This document shows, in pieces, positions 46,858 through 51,762 of a stretch of DNA of 51,762 bases; positions within the stretch are counted from its first letter, which is position 1; each line of letters starts with the position of its first letter. The notes under the pieces are model-generated. The model did no database searches. It was given only the letters and a program-made list of their open reading frames with translations, and was not told where the DNA came from. The stretch is from an uncultured virus (IMG/VR IMGVR_UViG_3300014689_000033). Lineage: Monodnaviria; Loebvirae; Hofneiviricota; Faserviricetes; Tubulavirales; Inoviridae. Location of the stretch: the IMG/VR virus record IMGVR_UViG_3300014689_000033, positions 1 through 51,762 of that record, one strand, 5' to 3'. Made by a program: the position numbers and the translations under genes.

Positions 46858-47033
46858 TCGCCGGCCTGCTCGAGGTCGGCGGTTTGTTCGGAGGGTTCGC
46901 AGTCAGGGCAGACGGCGAAGTGGGGCGGCAGGCTGAGGTCGGGCAGCAGGTCGCTTTGCGGCGCGGGCAGCGCCATGAGCTTGCCCATGTCGTTGCCGCA
47001 GCAGTCGCAGTACACCCGGTCATCGATCAGCAT
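46854..47033 (-). CDS. 59-aa Zn-finger-like protein (MLIDDRVYCDCC...CPDC)
   Basis: Hand-translated; GGGAGG SD; ATGA overlap with next gene. Confidence 0.7.
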   Translation of the reverse strand: MLIDDRVYCDCCGNDMGKLMALPAPQSDLLPDLSLPPHFAVCPDCEPSEQTADLEQAGE

Positions 47034-47048
47034 GGCCGCCCCTCCCGG

Positions 47049-47408
47049 TTAGTTGGCCTTGGCCGGGTCGCCGGCTTTGGCCTGGGGTTGAGCTGGGGTG
47101 CGCGGGGTTTCGGCGGCGGCGCGGGTCTGGACGGCTTCGAGCTGGAGCGCCAGATTCTTGCCCTTGTTCTGGCCGCCACGGGCAATCTCGAAATGAATGC
47201 GCACCAGTTGCAGCGGCTCGAACTGCGCGCCGGCTGCGAATATCTCGTCGGCTACTTCGTCCGCTGCTGCCATGCCGATGATCGACAGGCCGTGTTCGGT
47301 CTTGCCGTCCGGCTCATCGCCGTAGAAGACCTTGATGTACTTCTGGCCCGCTTCACCGTCGAAGCGTTGAGTGCCGAGAAATGCAACTTCCATAGTCGAA
47401 CGTGCCAT
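47049..47408 (-). CDS. ssDNA-binding protein (pV-like)
   Basis: Position, size, beta-rich core, Ala/Pro tail. Confidence 0.75.
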   Translation of the reverse strand: MARSTMEVAFLGTQRFDGEAGQKYIKVFYGDEPDGKTEHGLSIIGMAAADEVADEIFAAGAQFEPLQLVRIHFEIARGGQNKGKNLALQLEAVQTRAAAETPRTPAQPQAKAGDPAKAN

Positions 47409-47700
47409 TTGTGCTTCCTCTCTCTAGTTGCGCTTTATTGCGCTGCTTTGCTTTCTGCAGGCCGAGCGATCCCGAGCGAGTGAAAAAGTAATTTCACTGC
47501 GACCGGCTTGTTACTTGGCTTGCGGGTTAATTCGTAGCTCTATTTATACGCGCTTAAAACAGGCTTTTTTCATACTCAAGGAATTATCATGTTGCGTGGT
47601 TTATTGGCATGAATAGCGACGGATCGACACTTACCCACCACGCTCAAAACAAAATTAATTAATAAACCTCGCTCTCTAAACACCAAGGGCTCCGCCCTTG

Positions 47701-48087
47701 TCATCCCGCTCTTGCCGCCGAGGGCTCGGGAGCGCGGGAGGGAAAAGCGCTCCCGCACTCACGAGCGGAGGCTGTTTCGGTTCGTGCAGGGTCAAGGGTG
47801 CGCTCCGCCCGTGCTTCCGTTCGCCGGATCGGTGAAGCGTGATCCGACGAGCCGGGAGCGCGGCCCTGGACCTGTTCGGCTTCGTCGGGGGCGGCTTGGT
47901 CTTGGGCCGTGCAGTGCTCGACTAGCTGAATCGCTGCCGCGTGCCACTGATCGTCGACTGACTGCAGTACCTTGATGATCTGCAGGGTTGCCAGCGCGGA
48001 GCCGATAGCGAACCCGATGAAAGCCGGGGGCGCCCAATGCCAGAGCAGAGCGAGCAGATAACGACCGATACTCATAGAGACAGTCAT
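47701..48087 (-). CDS. Hypothetical membrane protein
   Basis: ATGA-coupled; TM segment; 3' part overlaps hairpins. Confidence 0.5.
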   Translation of the reverse strand: MTVSMSIGRYLLALLWHWAPPAFIGFAIGSALATLQIIKVLQSVDDQWHAAAIQLVEHCTAQDQAAPDEAEQVQGRAPGSSDHASPIRRTEARAERTLDPARTETASARECGSAFPSRAPEPSAARAG

Positions 48088-48359
48088 GCGGCACCTCTGC
48101 CAAACATCTCGCGCTGAACCGGCGGCGGTGCTGCAGAACGGAAACCGCTGTGCCATAACTCCGGACCGTGGAGCGTAACGGGCACATAAACGCGAAACTC
48201 ACGGCGCCCATGACGCAGCTGAAGCACCACACCAGTTTCAGTGCGGCGCCGGTGTACGACTTCCCAAGTGCGCCCCTTTCGTTCAAGCCGGGCGCCGACC
48301 TCCACTTGCTGCATGCGCTCCAGATAACGCTGACGGGTCTGAGCCCCTGGGCAGGTCAC
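48084..48359 (-). CDS. Hypothetical protein
   Basis: AGGAGG SD before a GTG start. Confidence 0.6.
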   Translation of the reverse strand: MTCPGAQTRQRYLERMQQVEVGARLERKGRTWEVVHRRRTETGVVLQLRHGRREFRVYVPVTLHGPELWHSGFRSAAPPPVQREMFGRGAA

Positions 48360-48369
48360 GCGCCACCTC

Positions 48370-48690
48370 CTAGAACGGAAACAACTCGCTCGGCGCCGAT
48401 GTTGAGTCTTGGTAGGCAACGCTCCACCACTTCGCGGGGCGGGCGGGTGGCGTGTGCTTCTCGCAGATAAAGGCCGGTTCCACTTTCCACTCCGAGAGCA
48501 GAGGCTTCCAGGTTCCACCGACGCAGCCCATCTGCAGCGTGCGAATCGGCCGCGCATATGCGGGGCGGCATTGGGCGCATTGTGTGGACCGGGAGGGACC
48601 GGGTTTCGCCATTTCGCGTCTGGACCAGCAGACAGAGCAGTCGCAGTCCTGGGCGTGCGGAAGGCGTTGATAGCTGGCTGGCTTCTGCAT
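48370..48690 (-). CDS. Cys-rich Pf early protein
   Basis: H..DCDCSVC, CAQC, CEKH; follows xis. Confidence 0.7.
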   Translation of the reverse strand: MQKPASYQRLPHAQDCDCSVCWSRREMAKPGPSRSTQCAQCRPAYARPIRTLQMGCVGGTWKPLLSEWKVEPAFICEKHTPPARPAKWWSVAYQDSTSAPSELFPF

Positions 48691-48729
48691 GGGTCATCGC
48701 CTCCCCTGGCTTTCCGTAGACGGCGCGGA

Positions 48730-48945
48730 TCATGCGGTCCACTCCTGTTCCAGCAGCCAGTGACGAAGCATTGCGCTGTTGACCATGCGCCGCTTGCCGA
48801 GCTTTACGGTCGGTATCACACCCCGCAACGCCCACGCACGGGCCGTACCGGGGCTAACGCCGTTGCGGTCAGCCCAGCACTCGACGGTTTCCACGTCCTG
48901 CTGTGGGCCAATCAGCTTTGAAGGTTCTAGCTCTTCCAGTTCCAT
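48730..48945 (-). CDS. Pf excisionase-like DNA-binding protein
   Basis: WA.RNGVS...IPTVKLGKRRMVN; divergent from regulator. Confidence 0.8.
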   Translation of the reverse strand: MELEELEPSKLIGPQQDVETVECWADRNGVSPGTARAWALRGVIPTVKLGKRRMVNSAMLRHWLLEQEWTA

Positions 48946-48966
48946 GGATCACTCCGCAACAGAAAT

Positions 48967-49035
48967 GGACCACGGTGGTCCCTTCAGGCAGATAGAACCA
49001 CGGTGGTCCCATTGCTGTCAAGACCACGGTGGTCC
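48967..49035. promoter_or_regulatory. Three palindromic operators ACCACGGTGGT
   Basis: Identical ACCACGGTGGTCC at 48969, 48997 and 49023. Confidence 0.85.
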
Positions 49036-49046
49036 ATGATCCGCTG

Positions 49047-49466
49047 ATGAGCAGAGAAGACCCACAATTCAAGTTGCGTATGCCCCCCGAGCTTCGGACA
49101 CAAGCCGATCAAGCAGCTAAAGCCGCCGGTAGATCTTTGAATGCTGAGCTGGTTGCTCGGATAGAGTCCAGTTTCATATCAGATTCAGAAATGAAACTGT
49201 TGCCCGCGAAGCGGGCACGTGAGCTGGCTCTGATGGCACGAGCAGAGATCCCAAATGAGATACGCAGAAGAGCAATTTCTGCGATCGGCAAAGCGATAAA
49301 GCTTGGTCACAGCGAAGCCATTACTAGTCTAGAGGACTTGAATTTGGAGGCTGGAATTCCAGACAGCGAGCTTGATGACCTCGCCGCAAAAGTCATAGAT
49401 GAACTTCAAGAAAATGGATATAAGGTCAAGTGGGATGACATTACAACACTATGGATCGAATTTTAA
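49047..49466 (+). CDS. Arc-family RHH regulator with C-terminal extension
   Basis: DPQFKLRMP.ELR......A...GRSLNAELVARI. Confidence 0.88.
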   Translation: MSREDPQFKLRMPPELRTQADQAAKAAGRSLNAELVARIESSFISDSEMKLLPAKRARELALMARAEIPNEIRRRAISAIGKAIKLGHSEAITSLEDLNLEAGIPDSELDDLAAKVIDELQENGYKVKWDDITTLWIEF

Positions 49467-49629
49467 GGCGCTTAAGTTTCAGATCACAGGAAGGTCATAA
49501 GCTCGAGAAAACGACAATATCCACATGGCTGGCGTCACCTCCATGTGAACACCGCAAAAAAGCTAGACGACTATCATAACGAATGCGCTGACAGCACTAA
49601 GTTAGCACTTAAAAACTGATTAAATAATG

Positions 49630-50712
49630 TCACGCGACCGCAGCGGCTTTGGATTGTCGAGTGTGCCTAGGCTCGCATAGATAAGGCATGATATTAGCTA
49701 ACAAAGCCTCTGCGATAACAGGTGATACGCTATTACCAATCATACGAAAGCTATGCCAAACGGTATTATGAAATATAAAACCATCAGGAAAGCCCTGTAA
49801 TCTTGCAGCCTCTCTAGGGGTAATAACTCGATTTTCTTCAGGGTGTAACGGCCGTACTGCTTGATAAGATCCGCGATCACTACCGGTTCCCGCCCTTAGC
49901 GTTGGGCATAGGCCATCCCAAGCCAAACGCTTATGCTTTCCGACTGGATCAACAGCTCCTTGAGGAATAGTCGCGTAGCGGAGAATCGTTTCTGGTTTGT
50001 GTACGGTACGCTGATGACCGCAAAACACACCCCTATCTGATCGCAGTCTACGAGCATAGTGCGAGGTACAAATCTCATCACCGTACCTCCATAGATCATC
50101 GCTCAGTTGAACCGATGCCGCTAAATCATAAATTGCATCCCGCACGCACGTTCTTGCACGCTGAGATTCAATTAATTTCTCTAGCGTAGGAACAGCCATC
50201 TTCTTTCTATCAAAACCGAATACGAATACACGCTTTCGCTTTGTAGGCGCTCCAAAATCTGACGCATCAAGTATGACTGGCCCAATTACATGCCATGTTT
50301 TTCCTAAAGAGCTTAGCTCCGCATCCAACAATGGTCGATGATTAGGAAACATAAGCCCAGGCACGTTCTCCATCATAAAAAATCTTGGCCGTACCGCCTT
50401 TACTATTCTAAAAAAATGGCCCAAAAGATTTCTACGGGGATCATCTAGCACGCCACGTCCGATGCCACTAAATGGTTGGCACGGAGGCCCGCCGATTACA
50501 CCATCAACACCCGACGGCAGCAGGGATTTCAAGCGACTAGCACTCAGTTCCTGTACATCTTCGCGCAAAAATGGGACATTAGGAAAGTTTATGCTAAAAG
50601 AACTAGATAAGATTGGATCTATATCTACAGCAAGCTCGGTAGAAAAACCAGCATACTTCGAGCCTAAAGCTAATCCGCCGCAACCACTGAACAGGTCAAG
50701 CAAGGTAGGCAT
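49630..50712 (-). CDS. DNA (cytosine-5) methyltransferase
   Basis: DLFSGCGG, GGPPCQ, MENV, REAARLQGFP, IGNSV. Confidence 0.95.
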   Translation of the reverse strand: MPTLLDLFSGCGGLALGSKYAGFSTELAVDIDPILSSSFSINFPNVPFLREDVQELSASRLKSLLPSGVDGVIGGPPCQPFSGIGRGVLDDPRRNLLGHFFRIVKAVRPRFFMMENVPGLMFPNHRPLLDAELSSLGKTWHVIGPVILDASDFGAPTKRKRVFVFGFDRKKMAVPTLEKLIESQRARTCVRDAIYDLAASVQLSDDLWRYGDEICTSHYARRLRSDRGVFCGHQRTVHKPETILRYATIPQGAVDPVGKHKRLAWDGLCPTLRAGTGSDRGSYQAVRPLHPEENRVITPREAARLQGFPDGFIFHNTVWHSFRMIGNSVSPVIAEALLANIMPYLCEPRHTRQSKAAAVA

Positions 50713-50781
50713 TTTAATCTACACGTAATCCAAAGAAAAATATCTTACTAAAAATAGCTGAAATTGTCGATCGGAATTTCG

Positions 50782-51762
50782 CTATAGCATGATCCGAGAG
50801 TACCAGGGGAAAAGCCGATAGAAATTGATGAAGTTACCCATTTCGTTCAGCGCAGCGTCTGGATCAGGCCCGACATAATAATTTAATTTATTTTGTATAT
50901 CGGTCGCTGTTGCGCCGGGAAGCATCGATTCAATGTAAACTCGCTCTTTCGCGGACAACGCTGGAACGCTGATCGATTTAGGCGCATCCACACAGTCATT
51001 ATAAAATGGCCAGTGCCTCAGCCTACTACTTTCAAAAAACGCTTCCTGCTCATCTTCATGCAACAATATCCCTGAGAATGTCAGCATTTGTTGCCCATCA
51101 CTATAAACAAACGCAGAAAGAGGCTGCACAAACAAAGAGGGATCACCTGCCAAGCCTTTTTTTGCTGAATTCACCAAAGCCTTCAATAGTAGCATTGGAT
51201 AATTTTTAGTTTTTATATCTTCAGTAGTTATAGTCGGCGGCGCGTATTCGCCAAGACGCTCAGCCGCCCTTGCTGCTCGATAGCTCAACAAATCTGCCTG
51301 GACCGGTGTAGCTCCAAGAGTTTGCGGATTAGCATTAACGGTTACTTTAAAAACATCGCCATGCCCCAATCGCTCAACTAGTCGCTGAAGTTCCGACAAC
51401 TGCACCCCGATCTCAGGAGTAGCATAATCGAACCAGACGATAACATTCGCATCCCCATCAAACTCATAATCATTTAGAAAATCAGAGCTTGATTCATTCC
51501 TAAGCTGAACACACGATACTGGACGATTAAAATCCTGCCGCAAATATACATTCTTATCCATCTCTAACGAAATCATATCAGAGATGCGCAACGCTGAATG
51601 CAAGTGCTTAAAATCCTCTAGAAAAGGACCACCAAAGCCAATGTACTTGAAATCAGAGATATTAAAATGGCGCCCAACACGAGACAGCAAATCAACGAAC
51701 AAATTGCGCTCAATAGCTTTGTTTTGCCGTAGATGATATGGAATGCTTCCACCTGCACTCAT
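50782..51762 (-). CDS. Putative SAM-dependent methyltransferase-like protein
   Basis: YIGFGG, ISLE and VWFDY resemble Rossmann MTase strands; AT-rich. Confidence 0.55.
   Translation of the reverse strand: MSAGGSIPYHLRQNKAIERNLFVDLLSRVGRHFNISDFKYIGFGGPFLEDFKHLHSALRISDMISLEMDKNVYLRQDFNRPVSCVQLRNESSSDFLNDYEFDGDANVIVWFDYATPEIGVQLSELQRLVERLGHGDVFKVTVNANPQTLGATPVQADLLSYRAARAAERLGEYAPPTITTEDIKTKNYPMLLLKALVNSAKKGLAGDPSLFVQPLSAFVYSDGQQMLTFSGILLHEDEQEAFFESSRLRHWPFYNDCVDAPKSISVPALSAKERVYIESMLPGATATDIQNKLNYYVGPDPDAALNEMGNFINFYRLFPWYSRIML

Larger units (their letters stand above)
40186..51762. mobile_element. Pf-type filamentous prophage with probable cargo; right att outside window
   Basis: int-rep-zot-pVI-pIII-coaB-ssb-xis synteny as in Pf4, next to tRNA-Gly 3' end. 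Confidence 0.9.

Noticed and set aside
48990..49021. Sigma70 promoter for xis from a perfect TTGACA
   Set aside because: No acceptable -10 at 16-18 bp spacing
48969..49035. Mini-CRISPR from the three 13-bp repeats
   Set aside because: Repeats and spacers too short; position fits operators

Overview
High-GC, Pseudomonas-like sequence made up almost entirely of two prophages in tandem at a tRNA-Gly(CCC) attachment site. (1) 1..40212 is a temperate siphovirus with an HK97-type head. From left to right it has SRAP peptidase, spanins and endolysin, tail and fibre genes, head genes, terminase, HNH, holins, a late regulator, an iteron-like origin, primase-helicase, the cII/cro/cI switch, an early operon with a C5-methyltransferase, excisionase, a ClpP-like moron and a tyrosine integrase. 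It ends at the displaced 3' half of tRNA-Gly (40169..40212); its left end lies outside the window. (2) From about 40186 to the window end is a Pf-type filamentous prophage: HigBA-type toxin-antitoxin pair, integrase, Rep, Zot, pVI, pIII, CoaB, SSB and excisionase. It has an Arc/RHH regulator with three palindromic operators and is followed by an AT-rich methyltransferase pair; its second att site is not in the window. The most striking unannotated signal is a structured RNA in the siphovirus late leader. Its GUGCUGU loop is complementary to a (G)ACACAGCA(C) motif found at four early-gene starts and in two hairpin loops of the cro-cII leader, suggesting an antisense RNA circuit. All family assignments come from motif recognition and synteny; no searches were run.
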